Of a stretch of 64,000 nucleotides of DNA, positions 10,201 through 20,063 are shown one piece after another (position 1 is the first letter of the stretch; each line of letters starts with the position of its first letter). A model generated the notes under the pieces. That model worked only from the letters and a program-made list of their open reading frames with translations. It ran no database searches and had not been told where the DNA came from. The stretch covers positions 649 to 64,648 of the forward strand of contig CBDCIT010000042.1 of the NCBI GenBank assembly GCA_965217615.1. Reading direction: 5' to 3'. The position numbers and the translations under genes were made by a program. Source of the stretch: Alphaproteobacteria bacterium. Its GTDB lineage: Bacteria > Pseudomonadota > Alphaproteobacteria > UBA8366 > CAVOAK01.

Positions 10201-10662
10201 ATGCGACGAAACGTCATCGAGACAATTTTGGGCGCGATAGTCTTACTGATTGCGGGCATGTTTTTGGTATTTGCCTACACGAACAGTGATCTGCGCCCTG
10301 TCGAAGGCTATCGCGTCATCGCCAAATTCAATGCGATTGACGGCCTGACCGTTGGAAACGATGTTCGCATTGGCGGTGTGAAAGTAGGCACGGTCGTAGA
10401 ACAGAGGGTCGATCAGCAGGACTATCTCGCCGTCGTTACGATGACGATCCGCCCTGATATCAAGCTTCCTACGAACACACGTGTATCGGTCTCCAGCGAA
10501 GGCCTGTTGGGCGGCAAATACGTCAAGCTCGAGCCTAGCGGCGACGGCGAACTCGTGGCGGCTGGCGAGGAGCTGGTGAGCACACGTGATGTAATTTCCC
10601 TGGAAGAGCTGCTAGGAAGAGTCATCTTTCTCGTCACAGACGAACCCAGCGCCGGCAACTGA
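10201..10662 (+). CDS. mlaD: MlaD/MCE-domain protein (paralogue 2)
   Basis: MRRNVIETILGAIVLL, AKFNAIDGLTVGNDVRIGGVKVG and SEGLLGGKYVKLEP. Confidence 0.9.
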   Translation: MRRNVIETILGAIVLLIAGMFLVFAYTNSDLRPVEGYRVIAKFNAIDGLTVGNDVRIGGVKVGTVVEQRVDQQDYLAVVTMTIRPDIKLPTNTRVSVSSEGLLGGKYVKLEPSGDGELVAAGEELVSTRDVISLEELLGRVIFLVTDEPSAGN

Positions 10663-10666
10663 GTCT

Positions 10667-11428
10667 GTGCCCAACCGGGCGAAGCAGCGTTGGGATCCGG
10701 CTCGCTACCGGCGCAATGCGAGTTTCGTCGCAGAACTTGGGCTTCCTGTCGTCGAACTGCTGAATCCTCTGCCGAATGAGCGCATTCTTGACCTTGGATG
10801 TGGTGACGGCACACTGACCGCGAAACTTCGTGACATGGGGGTAGAAATCGTCGGCGTCGACAACAGCCCCGATCAGATCGATGCTGCACGTGAGCTTGGC
10901 CTCGACGCCCGCGTTACGAACGGTGAGTCGCTTGAATTCGATAGTGAGTTCGACGCCGTCTTCTCGAATGCAGCGATGCACTGGATGGCCGATGCCGATG
11001 CAGTGGTCGAGGGTGTCTGGCGGGCGCTCAAACCAGGTGGGAGGTTCGTCGCAGAAATGGGTGGATTCGGCAATGTGAAGCGAATTGGGGAGGCGCTCGG
11101 CATTACGCTTGGCGTTTATGGCATTGATGGGACGTCCACCTGTCCATGGTATTTCCCAACCGTGGAAGAACAGCGCAAGCGCCTTGAGAAACAGGGTTTC
11201 GTCGTTCGTAATATCATGCTGTTCGATCGACCGACGCCACTTCCGGGCAATATCGGCGATTGGCTTGAGACATTCGCGGAGAGCTATCTGGGTGAATTGC
11301 CGCTGGCCCTGAGACAGACCGTTGTCGCCGAAGTCGCAAAACAATTGCAGCCGGTTCTTATGGACCAATCAGGGACTTGGATCGCCGACTATGTACGTTT
11401 ACGGTTTTTTGCTATCCGCGCGTGTTGA
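10667..11428 (+). CDS. Class I SAM-dependent methyltransferase (Tam-like)
   Basis: ILDLGCGDG, FDAVFSNAAMHW, ALKPGGRF and WIADYVRLRF. Confidence 0.88.
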   Translation: MPNRAKQRWDPARYRRNASFVAELGLPVVELLNPLPNERILDLGCGDGTLTAKLRDMGVEIVGVDNSPDQIDAARELGLDARVTNGESLEFDSEFDAVFSNAAMHWMADADAVVEGVWRALKPGGRFVAEMGGFGNVKRIGEALGITLGVYGIDGTSTCPWYFPTVEEQRKRLEKQGFVVRNIMLFDRPTPLPGNIGDWLETFAESYLGELPLALRQTVVAEVAKQLQPVLMDQSGTWIADYVRLRFFAIRAC

Positions 11429-11483
11429 GTGTCTGGACAGACCCGCCGCCAATCGCAATATTGGAATGATGGGTTACCTGTAT

Positions 11484-11897
11484 ATGAGCACTGCACGATC
11501 GATCGCGTCATTCGCCTGGATTGCGGCGTTCCTAACCGCAGCCGCGATGTCGCCTGCCGCCGCAGCGATGCTTCCAGGTGAGCATGTGGTCATGCAGGGG
11601 CTCGACAAAGTGACCGCGCGCGTCTCTACGTTCGAAGCTCCGATAGACAGAGTGGTGAGTTTCGGTGCATTGCGGATCGTGGTTCGTAAGTGCGAACGGA
11701 CGCGCCCGGAGGAACCGCCAGAGTCAAGTGCCTTTCTCGATATCTATGAGGCGCGTCCTGGCGAACCACCTACCGATTTGTTCCACGGCTGGATGTTTGC
11801 GTCGAGCCCCGCGCTGAGCGCTCTAGAGCATCCGGTTTACGACGTATGGGTTCTCGAATGTAAGGTCCGCACGCCTGCCGACGGCGGAGACGAGTAA
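11484..11897 (+). CDS. DUF2155 family exported protein
   Basis: Signal peptide, GLDKVTAR and FHGWMFASSPALSALEHPVYDVWVLEC. Confidence 0.88.
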   Translation: MSTARSIASFAWIAAFLTAAAMSPAAAAMLPGEHVVMQGLDKVTARVSTFEAPIDRVVSFGALRIVVRKCERTRPEEPPESSAFLDIYEARPGEPPTDLFHGWMFASSPALSALEHPVYDVWVLECKVRTPADGGDE

Positions 11898-11901
11898 ACT
11901 C

Positions 11902-12549
11902 TCACGAATTGCCGCCAATTAGCGACGCCAGGTCCACTTCTTTGATGATCGTGTTGAAGTAAACTTGGCTCTTGAGTGCGGCGGCGAGTCGCTTTCGATA
12001 GGCGTCGCGTGAAATCTCCACGGCGCCGAAGCGACGAAGATGCTTGGTAATGAACTGTGCATCGAGGAGTGTCAGTCCGGCGGCGCGAAGCCGCAGGATC
12101 AAGTGTACGAGGGCCACTTTGCTGGCGTCTACGTGCCGGTTAAACATGCTTTCGCCAAAGAATACACCACTCATCGATACGCCGTAGAGCCCGCCGGCAA
12201 GTTCGCCGTCAAGCCAGCATTCGACACTGTGCGCGTGGCCCATATGAAAGAGAGTTGTGTAAAGCGTAATGATTCTGTCGTTGATCCAAGTCTGTGGTCT
12301 TAGCGGCGTGGCTGTCGCACAGCCCTCGATAACGGCCTCAAAATCGCTGTCGATTGTGGTCAGGTATCTGCCGCTACGCAATACCCGACGCAGCCGCCGG
12401 GGTACGTGAAACGAATTGATTGGAATTATGCCGCGCACCCGCGGATCGACCCAGAAGAGATCGGGATCCTCTCTGTCCTCAGCCATCGGAAACACGCCCA
12501 TGGCATAGGCGCGCAAAAGCAACTCGGGCGTTAGGACCGGCATCTCCAT
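11902..12549 (-). CDS. aat: Leucyl/phenylalanyl-tRNA--protein transferase
   Basis: LLRAYAMGVFPMAE, HAHSVECW, GGLYGV...FFGESMF and DASKVAL. Confidence 0.95.
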   Translation of the reverse strand: MEMPVLTPELLLRAYAMGVFPMAEDREDPDLFWVDPRVRGIIPINSFHVPRRLRRVLRSGRYLTTIDSDFEAVIEGCATATPLRPQTWINDRIITLYTTLFHMGHAHSVECWLDGELAGGLYGVSMSGVFFGESMFNRHVDASKVALVHLILRLRAAGLTLLDAQFITKHLRRFGAVEISRDAYRKRLAAALKSQVYFNTIIKEVDLASLIGGNS

Positions 12550-12587
12550 AAAGGCGGCGCCTCCCTAGCGTCCGATGTTAGATACAA

Positions 12588-13931
12588 TCACGACTTGCCG
12601 CCCAACCACGATTCCAACCAATGAGTATCGTAGTCACCGTCGATGAACGCAGGATCGCGGATCAGCTTTTGATGCAAAGGTATGGTCGTCTCGATTCCGC
12701 CGATGACGTATTCGTCAAGCGATCGGCGAAGTCGCATAAGCGCCTCATTGCGGGTTGCTCCGAAAACAATCAGCTTGGCGATGAGGCTGTCGTAGTGCGG
12801 TGGCACCGCATAGCCCGAGTAGAGCGCAGAATCGACGCGCACGCCCAAACCGCCTGGCGCGTGGTAGTCGGTGACCCGTCCAGGTGAGGGCGCAAATGTC
12901 TCTGGATGCTCGGCCATAACCCGGCACTCGATGGCATGGCCGCTAAGTTCAATATCATCTTGGGAAAACCCAATGGGGACTCCAGCCGCAACGCGCAACT
13001 GCTCGCGTACAAGATCGACCCCTGAAATCATCTCCGTGACCGGGTGCTCAACCTGCAGGCGGGTATTCATCTCTATGAAATAGAACTCACCGTCTTCATA
13101 CAAAAATTCCACTGTGCCACAGCTCGAGTACTGAATTCTCTGGAGCGCCTTTGCCACAAGCGCACTGATGCTGCCGCTAACGGCGTCGTTGAGCGCGGGC
13201 GAGGGCGCCTCTTCCACAACCTTTTGATGGCGCCGCTGCACGGAACAGTCGCGTTCGCCGAATTGGACGACGTGACCATGATAGTCGCCAAGAACTTGGA
13301 CCTCGATATGCCGCGGGTGAGCAAGAAATTTTTCGAGATAGATGCGGTCGTCGCCAAACGAGACCTTTGCCTCATTGCGACACATTGCCAACGCTTCAGT
13401 AAGATGGTCGGGATTATCCGCGACTTTCATGCCACGGCCGCCACCGCCTGCTGCGGCTTTGACCAGAACCGGATAGCCGATATCCTTGGCGATCCGCAGT
13501 GCCTCGACATCGTTTGAGAGCGCGTTATCCGATCCAGGTACGACTGGAATTCCCAATTTTTCGGCCTGCTGCTTTGCCGATACCTTGTCGCCCATGATGC
13601 GGATATGGTCTTGTGAAGGGCCGATAAATTCGAATCCGTGCTCTTCGACCATTTCTGCAAATGCAGCGTTCTCGGCAAGAAATCCGACACCGGGATGAAT
13701 GGCGTCGACACCAGTTATGCTCGCCGCGGACAGGATTGCCGGAATGTTTAAATAGCTTTCTCGAGACGACGGCGGTCCGATGCAGACGGATTCGTCGGCC
13801 AGACGAACGTGCATGGCGTCGGAGTCTGCCGTCGAGTGGACAGCCACAGTTTGGATGCCCATTTCACGGCATGCGCGATGGATCCGCAGCGCGATTTCGC
13901 CCCTATTTGCAATAAGGACCTTTTCGAACAA
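12588..13931 (-). CDS. accC: Acetyl-CoA carboxylase biotin carboxylase
   Basis: KVLIANRGEIA, GGGGRGM, ERDCSVQRRHQKV and EMNTRLQVEHPVTE. Confidence 0.97.
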   Translation of the reverse strand: MFEKVLIANRGEIALRIHRACREMGIQTVAVHSTADSDAMHVRLADESVCIGPPSSRESYLNIPAILSAASITGVDAIHPGVGFLAENAAFAEMVEEHGFEFIGPSQDHIRIMGDKVSAKQQAEKLGIPVVPGSDNALSNDVEALRIAKDIGYPVLVKAAAGGGGRGMKVADNPDHLTEALAMCRNEAKVSFGDDRIYLEKFLAHPRHIEVQVLGDYHGHVVQFGERDCSVQRRHQKVVEEAPSPALNDAVSGSISALVAKALQRIQYSSCGTVEFLYEDGEFYFIEMNTRLQVEHPVTEMISGVDLVREQLRVAAGVPIGFSQDDIELSGHAIECRVMAEHPETFAPSPGRVTDYHAPGGLGVRVDSALYSGYAVPPHYDSLIAKLIVFGATRNEALMRLRRSLDEYVIGGIETTIPLHQKLIRDPAFIDGDYDTHWLESWLGGKS

Positions 13932-13937
13932 GGCTCT

Positions 13938-14396
13938 TTACTCGATAACCAAAAGCGCTTCGCCGAACTCAACCGGCTGGCCATCCTCGACCAGGATGCT
14001 GCGCACGATGCCGCTCCGGCTCGCCGGTATCGGATTCATCACCTTCATGGCTTCAATGATGAGAAGAGTTTGACCTTCATCAACGCGGTCGCCTGCGCGC
14101 ACGAAAGGATCAGCACCTGGTTGTGGTGCGACGAATACTGTGCCGACCATCGGCGAAGTCAAAGCGCCCGGATTGCTGGAAGCGGCAACCGATGCGGAAT
14201 GAATGTCGTCTTCCGCCACACTCGCCTGGTCGGCAGACGTATTGGCAGCCACCTCGGGCGTCGCTGACCGCTGGCCGTGGCGCGCGACCCGGATCGTCCT
14301 ATCGCCGTCCGTGATCTCGACTTCCGTTAGCCCGGTTTCGGTCAGCAAATCCGCTAGAGTTCGGACGAGTTCGCTATCGACGGTAAATTTTGCCAT
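13938..14396 (-). CDS. accB: Biotin carboxyl carrier protein
   Basis: SPMVGT and the EAMKVMN biotinylation motif. Confidence 0.97.
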   Translation of the reverse strand: MAKFTVDSELVRTLADLLTETGLTEVEITDGDRTIRVARHGQRSATPEVAANTSADQASVAEDDIHSASVAASSNPGALTSPMVGTVFVAPQPGADPFVRAGDRVDEGQTLLIIEAMKVMNPIPASRSGIVRSILVEDGQPVEFGEALLVIE

Positions 14397-14860
14397 TATG
14401 CTTCCTGTCGCGCATTCTGGTCATCGAGGTCCAGAAGTGGGGCAATCGCATCCAGCGCCAAGAGATATCCGTGCGGCCCCAGCCCGCAGATTACGCCTTT
14501 CGCTAGCGGAGAAATATACGATTGATGGCGAAACGACTCCCGAGCGAAGATGTTTGAAAGATGCACCTCTATGATCGGTTCGTGGCACAGCGCCAATGCG
14601 TCCTGCAACGCCACGGAGGTGTGCGTGTAGGCGCCTGCGTTGATGATAATACCGACGCCGTTGGACCGAGCCTCCTGAATAATGGTTACCAGTTCGCCTT
14701 CGTGGTTGGATTGCTTAAATGTGAGCTCAAGGCCAAGTTGCTCAGCGCGCTTGCGGCATTGATCCTCAATCTCGGAGAGAGTTGTCGTGCCGTATATTTC
14801 CGGCTCTCGCGTACCCAGCATGTTTAGATTGGGGCCATTGAGGACGAGTACACCCGCCAT
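14396..14860 (-). CDS. aroQ: Type II 3-dehydroquinate dehydratase
   Basis: [25 protein letters not shown] and [16 protein letters not shown]. Confidence 0.96.
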   Translation of the reverse strand: MAGVLVLNGPNLNMLGTREPEIYGTTTLSEIEDQCRKRAEQLGLELTFKQSNHEGELVTIIQEARSNGVGIIINAGAYTHTSVALQDALALCHEPIIEVHLSNIFARESFRHQSYISPLAKGVICGLGPHGYLLALDAIAPLLDLDDQNARQEA

Positions 14861-15116
14861 TACGCTCGGCTCCTTTCCCGGCTGCAGCGACCGCGAAGCG
14901 GTTATACCATGGCGCCACTCCGGCGCAACGGCGGAGTGGCAGCCGCGGACCGCGGCCGGCCAAACGCCGACGAACGACAATTGACCGCCACTGCGTCAAC
15001 GTGTGATTCCTACCTACGAACTCGATTCCACCGAAGGTGATATACCAACTGCCATCCGCTAGAGTAATCCGACCAAGTTAGCAATGAGGCCCGCGCGCCA
15101 CTACCTGGACCCAACC

Positions 15117-17072
15117 GTGAGCAAACCCGACTCCACAGCCCCCCAGAAACCGCACATCGAACCATACGGCACCTGGAAATCGCCGATTACGGCCGGATTG
15201 ATCGCCCAAACGACGATCGGCTTAGGCCAAATCGCGCTGGACGGCGACGATGTCTACTGGCTTGAGTTGCGGCCGGCAGAGCGCGGCCGGACCGTTCTCG
15301 TCCGTCGGTCGGGCGAGGGCGTAACTGCCGATGTATCGCCGGAGAATATGAGCGTCCGGTCGCGGGTCCATGAATACGGCGGCGGAAGTTTCGTCGTCGA
15401 TGGCGGCGATGTCTGGTTCTGCAACGATGCCGACCAGCGGCTCTATGCCATGCCGCGGCTCGGCAACGCCATGGCACTCACGCCCGAGGCGCCCTTTCGT
15501 TATGCAGATATGGTGGTGGATCGGCGGCGGGCTCGATTGATTGCTGTGTCTGAAGAGCATGGCACGGGAGCCGACGAACCCGTGAACCGATTGGTTTCCA
15601 TTGGCTTTGATAAGAGCGTCACAGTGCTTGTGGGCGGCGCTGATTTCTACGCATCGCCACGGTTAAGCCCTGACGGACGACACTTGGCTTGGCTGTCCTG
15701 GTCGCACCCCAACATGCCATGGGACGAAACGGAGTTGTGGGTTGCGGACGCCACCGCGAACGGTGGCCTCGCGAATATTGAATGGGTTGCGGGCGGCAAC
15801 GGGACGTCGGTATTTCAACCAGCTTGGTCTCCCGACGGGGTTTTGCATTATATCTCTGATCAGTCCGGCTGGTGGAACCTCTACTGCCGGCATAGTGCGA
15901 CAGGCGAGATCTTGTCACTCTGCGAGATGGCGGCGGAGTTCGGTCGTCCGCAATGGGCGTTTGGCATGACAACCTATGGGTTTGCGGCGGACGGAAGCAT
16001 TGTCTGCAGCTATGCGGTCAGCGGCGAGTGGCGTCTCGCGAGATATAGGATCGATGTTGGCCAGCTACGCGATATCGACAGCAACTTCTGTGCTTTCGAT
16101 AACCTCAAGGTATCGGGATTCAAAGCCGCGTACGTTGCGGGCCATACGGCCGAAGCCAGTGCATTGGTGGTCGCCGATCTGGACGACGGGACGTTGCACA
16201 CTTTGCGTCGGTCGATGGACGTGGCGATAGATCGAGACAACGTGTCCGCTGGGGACGCTCTTGAGGTGCCGGCAGAAGACGGCTCCATGGTTCACGCCTT
16301 TTTCTATGCGCCAAGAAACCGGGACTATGTGGCGCCAGCGGATGAGTTGGCGCCACTGATCGTTAAGAGTCACGGAGGCCCGACAGGCCAAACGACACGC
16401 GCATTTGGGCTCGGTGTTCAGTTCTGGACGAGCCGAGGCTTCGCGGTGCTCGATGTTAACTACGGCGGCAGTACGGGCTACGGCCGAGAATATCGCCAGC
16501 GGCTAGACGGTCAATGGGGAATTGTCGACGTTGCGGACTGCATAACCTGCGTTCGATATCTTGTCGAGCGAGGCTTGGTCGACAATACGCGCGTCGCCAT
16601 TACCGGCGGCAGTGCGGGTGGTTACACGACGCTTTCCGCACTCACTTTTTACGACGACTTCCGAGCGGGGGCCAGCTATTACGGGATCGGCGATCTAGAA
16701 GCGCTGGCACTCGATACGCATAAATTCGAGGCGCGCTACCTTGATGGTCTCGTTGGGCAGTGGCCAGCAGACGAAGCGCTCTACCGCGCGCGCTCGCCGA
16801 TTCATCATACAGATCGACTAGACTGCCCAGTGATCTTCTTCCAAGGTCTGGACGACAAGGTCGTTCCGCCGAATCAGGCGAAGGCGATGGTCGACGCGCT
16901 GCGACACAAGAACTTGCCAGTAGCCTATCTCGAGTTTGATGGCGAAGGTCATGGATTCCGCCGGTCGGAGAATATTGAGCGGGCGTTGGAAGCCGAACTT
17001 TATTTCTACGGCCGCGTCTTCGGATTCATGCCCGCTGATGAACTCGAGCCGGTCGAAATCGCAAATCTGTGA
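15117..17072 (+). CDS. S9 family (prolyl oligopeptidase/acylaminoacyl) peptidase
   Basis: PYGTWKSPI, HGGPT, GGSAGG nucleophile elbow, QGLDDKVVPP and EGHGFRR. Confidence 0.92.
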   Translation: MSKPDSTAPQKPHIEPYGTWKSPITAGLIAQTTIGLGQIALDGDDVYWLELRPAERGRTVLVRRSGEGVTADVSPENMSVRSRVHEYGGGSFVVDGGDVWFCNDADQRLYAMPRLGNAMALTPEAPFRYADMVVDRRRARLIAVSEEHGTGADEPVNRLVSIGFDKSVTVLVGGADFYASPRLSPDGRHLAWLSWSHPNMPWDETELWVADATANGGLANIEWVAGGNGTSVFQPAWSPDGVLHYISDQSGWWNLYCRHSATGEILSLCEMAAEFGRPQWAFGMTTYGFAADGSIVCSYAVSGEWRLARYRIDVGQLRDIDSNFCAFDNLKVSGFKAAYVAGHTAEASALVVADLDDGTLHTLRRSMDVAIDRDNVSAGDALEVPAEDGSMVHAFFYAPRNRDYVAPADELAPLIVKSHGGPTGQTTRAFGLGVQFWTSRGFAVLDVNYGGSTGYGREYRQRLDGQWGIVDVADCITCVRYLVERGLVDNTRVAITGGSAGGYTTLSALTFYDDFRAGASYYGIGDLEALALDTHKFEARYLDGLVGQWPADEALYRARSPIHHTDRLDCPVIFFQGLDDKVVPPNQAKAMVDALRHKNLPVAYLEFDGEGHGFRRSENIERALEAELYFYGRVFGFMPADELEPVEIANL

Positions 17073-17186
17073 CCGTCGTTATGGTGATGTAATTGTTGCG
17101 CTGATTATCAATGCGGCAATCCTCTTGCGTATTGCCGGTGCGCATCACAAGCCGCAGGCATGCAAAGTAAGAGGTGGAGTATTGAC

Positions 17187-17829
17187 ATGAAACTTTATGG
17201 CTTCTGGCGGTCGTCTGCCGCCTATCGGGTTCGCATCGCCCTCAAACTCAAGGGAATCGACGTTGATCACGAGTATGTCAACTTGATCGATGGGGATCAA
17301 CGAAGTGAAGCCTTTGGGCACATCAACCCGCAGCACCTCATTCCAACGCTCGTCGATGGCGATCACACGCTCTCGCAGTCGCTGGCCATCATTGAATACT
17401 TAGAAGAAACCCGACCCCAGCCAGCGTTGTTGCCAGAAGACGCTGCGGCGCGCGCGTGTCCGCGCGATTGCGCTGGCGGTTGCCTGCGAGATCCATCTGC
17501 TTAACAATCTGCGTGTGCGCGACCATCTAATGGACTCAATCGGCTTTGACGCCGCTGCCGTCATCGCCTGGCGACAACACTGGTTTGAGGAGGGCCTCCC
17601 GGGCATTGAGGCGATGCTGTCGGGGAGCGCCGCTACCGGCCTTTGTTGTCACGGCGACACGCCGAGTCTGGCAGACGTTTTTCTTATCCCGCAGGTTTAT
17701 AATGCACGGCGGGTCGAAGCCGATCTTTCGCCTTACCCACACATCCTACGCATCGACGAGACATGCCGCGAACTTGCCGCTTTCCATGCGGCGGCACCGG
17801 AAAATCAGCCCGATGCGCCGCCGGAATAG
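17187..17829 (+). pseudogene. maiA: Maleylacetoacetate isomerase (zeta-class GST), frameshifted near 17455
   Basis: MKLYGFWRSSAAYRVRIAL. After the gcgcgcgcg run the homologous sequence (VRAIALAVACEIHLLNNLRV...PQVYNARR...AAPENQPDA) continues in another frame. This may be a sequencing error. Confidence 0.85.
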
Positions 17830-17860
17830 CAGTTAGGGCCGGTTCGGTAAGAGGCAGTTT

Positions 17861-18616
17861 TCAGGATTTCCGCGCGTCTTCAATAAGCTGCTTCAGCCGA
17901 TCTAGATCAAGTTCGCCGGGAAAGAGCTCGCCGTCGATGATGAAGGCCGGCGTGCCGCGGATGCCAAGCTGCCGCGCGAGATCCAGGTTCGCTCCGATCT
18001 GTTGGGTGACTTCGGTCGAGCCCATGTCCTTCTTTAACCGCTCGACGTCGAGACCGATGCCTTCCGCGAGCGTCATCACCCAATCCTGCGACAGGCGCGA
18101 GCGTGAGATCATAAGTGCGCGGTGGAAGTCTAAATATTTACCCTGGAGGCCGGCAGCAAGGGCGGCACGCGACGCGAATACCGAGTCTTCACCGAGAATC
18201 GGAAACTCCTTCCATACGAAGCGAACATCTTCCTTACTATCGATGAGATCCATCAGCGACCGCGACACCGAGCGGCAATAGGGACACTGATAGTCGAAGA
18301 ACTCGACGATCGTGACGCTGGCTTTGGCATCACCGGTGGTCGGCGACGCCGGATCTGCATAAATCTGGTCCGTGCGAACTTTTAAAGCGCGTGCCTTAGA
18401 TTGCTCTTCCGCAACCCGCTGATTTTCCTGAAATAACTCGATCGCCTCAATGACCAGCTCCGGATTTTTCAGGATGTATTCGCGGATAATTTTTTCGATT
18501 GCTTGCGTTTCGGACGTCGACTTGGTCTGCCCGACGCTCGCGTTCGGAGTTAGGCCGACGATCACGCCGGCGAACAGCAGTGGTAACGCCATTCGACGTA
18601 GGGTCGCGTACAGCAT
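17861..18616 (-). CDS. DsbA/Com1-like thiol-disulfide oxidoreductase
   Basis: Signal peptide, IREYILKNPE, VEFFDYQCPYC and GIRGTPAF. Confidence 0.92.
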   Translation of the reverse strand: MLYATLRRMALPLLFAGVIVGLTPNASVGQTKSTSETQAIEKIIREYILKNPELVIEAIELFQENQRVAEEQSKARALKVRTDQIYADPASPTTGDAKASVTIVEFFDYQCPYCRSVSRSLMDLIDSKEDVRFVWKEFPILGEDSVFASRAALAAGLQGKYLDFHRALMISRSRLSQDWVMTLAEGIGLDVERLKKDMGSTEVTQQIGANLDLARQLGIRGTPAFIIDGELFPGELDLDRLKQLIEDARKS

Positions 18617-18722
18617 GGTCACCTCAATTGCTTATTTCGACGGTACTATGCCAAGCTTGGACCCATCGGGCGACGGACAAAGATCGCTCTCACAGAAAGG
18701 TGAACGTCAACGAATTGGCCAC

Positions 18723-20063
18723 CTATTCGGCCACGACGTTACCGATATCCTGAGCGCGTAACCAACCCGGCGAGCCTTCCGGAAATATCTTCAAAGCCTG
18801 TCTCACATGACGCTTGGTGTCCGATATTCTACCCTGCAAAACCGACTGCTCGGCCAGCGCCAATGCCAGGTTTCCGAAATCCTTGAGGCGGCCGTATGAG
18901 GTTGCTGCAAGATGCCATGCCTGCACCAACTTCGGTTCGTAGCGCAGCGCCTCGTTTACGTTAATGAGCGCGTCTCGGGTCAGTTCCTCGTCATTTAACG
19001 CCAGCTGCGCCTGGGCAAGATTAACACGTATCAGGGCGGCCCATGGAACGATTGATACAGCTGCCCGATAAGGTGCGATCGAATCCTTGTTGCGGCCAGC
19101 ATTGCGCAAGATGTCACCTTTGAGCTCGAGAAAGAAAGGATCGTTAGGCGATTGGATCAGGAGCCGATCTGTAATATCTACGGCTTGTTCCACTTCGTTT
19201 TGGCGCATGTGAGCGATGGCCCTGGCATATAGCACCTCCATATCAGAGCCTTCGGCCGCGTAAGATCCGAGCGTTTGCTCCGGTGGATCGATGAATCCAT
19301 TAAGCTTTCCGCGCATGCGGCGGTGCATGACATCGAGTTCGCGGGGCAGAGCTTGGTTGGTGAACTTTGAGATGCTCAAGTGGTTTCGCACAAAGTTGAC
19401 GCGGGAACGGGTAATCGGATGCGTGTTCAGGTAGGGATCGTTGCCGGATGAATACAGTGCCTCCTGATCAACAAGCAGTTCGAGGAACTCCAACAATCCC
19501 CGGGCGGACAAGCGTTTGCGTTCGAGAAACGTGAGTGCCGCCTGGTCTGCGGCCGATTCCATGGAGCGAGAATATTGGAGGACCGAGCGCTGAGCAACCG
19601 AGGTCCCACCAGACAAGATGGCGGCGCCAACCTGGGCATCACCGGCAACGAGGGCGGCCGGAATGGCGAGCACCAACGCGATTATCGATTGAGTGCTGGC
19701 ATTCTCTAAACGTTCATCGAGACGGGCGAGATGGCCGCCGGCAATATGTCCAATTTCGTGACTCAACACGCCAATTACTTGTCCCGCGTGCTCGGCGCGT
19801 CTCAGGAGGCCTGTATGGATGAACATTTGCTGGCCGCCTGCAACGAACGCATTGAGCCTGCGGTCCTTAATCAGGTGAATTCGGACAAACGCGGCATCTA
19901 GTCCCGCAGCCTCGAACAGTGGCGCTGTATAGGCTCGGATGGTATTTTCGATTTCTGTGTCGCGGATCAGCGAGATTCGATCGGCCGCGAATGTGGCGCT
20001 CGCGATCGGCCAACTGGTCGAACAGGCGAAAACACAAGTGAACAAGGTATTTATCAGGCGCAT
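18723..20063 (-). CDS. M48 metallopeptidase with TPR-like C-terminus (BepA-like)
   Basis: LIRDTEIE, LNAFVAGG, HEIGH zinc motif, E..AD and YLNTHP. Confidence 0.92.
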   Translation of the reverse strand: MRLINTLFTCVFACSTSWPIASATFAADRISLIRDTEIENTIRAYTAPLFEAAGLDAAFVRIHLIKDRRLNAFVAGGQQMFIHTGLLRRAEHAGQVIGVLSHEIGHIAGGHLARLDERLENASTQSIIALVLAIPAALVAGDAQVGAAILSGGTSVAQRSVLQYSRSMESAADQAALTFLERKRLSARGLLEFLELLVDQEALYSSGNDPYLNTHPITRSRVNFVRNHLSISKFTNQALPRELDVMHRRMRGKLNGFIDPPEQTLGSYAAEGSDMEVLYARAIAHMRQNEVEQAVDITDRLLIQSPNDPFFLELKGDILRNAGRNKDSIAPYRAAVSIVPWAALIRVNLAQAQLALNDEELTRDALINVNEALRYEPKLVQAWHLAATSYGRLKDFGNLALALAEQSVLQGRISDTKRHVRQALKIFPEGSPGWLRAQDIGNVVAE

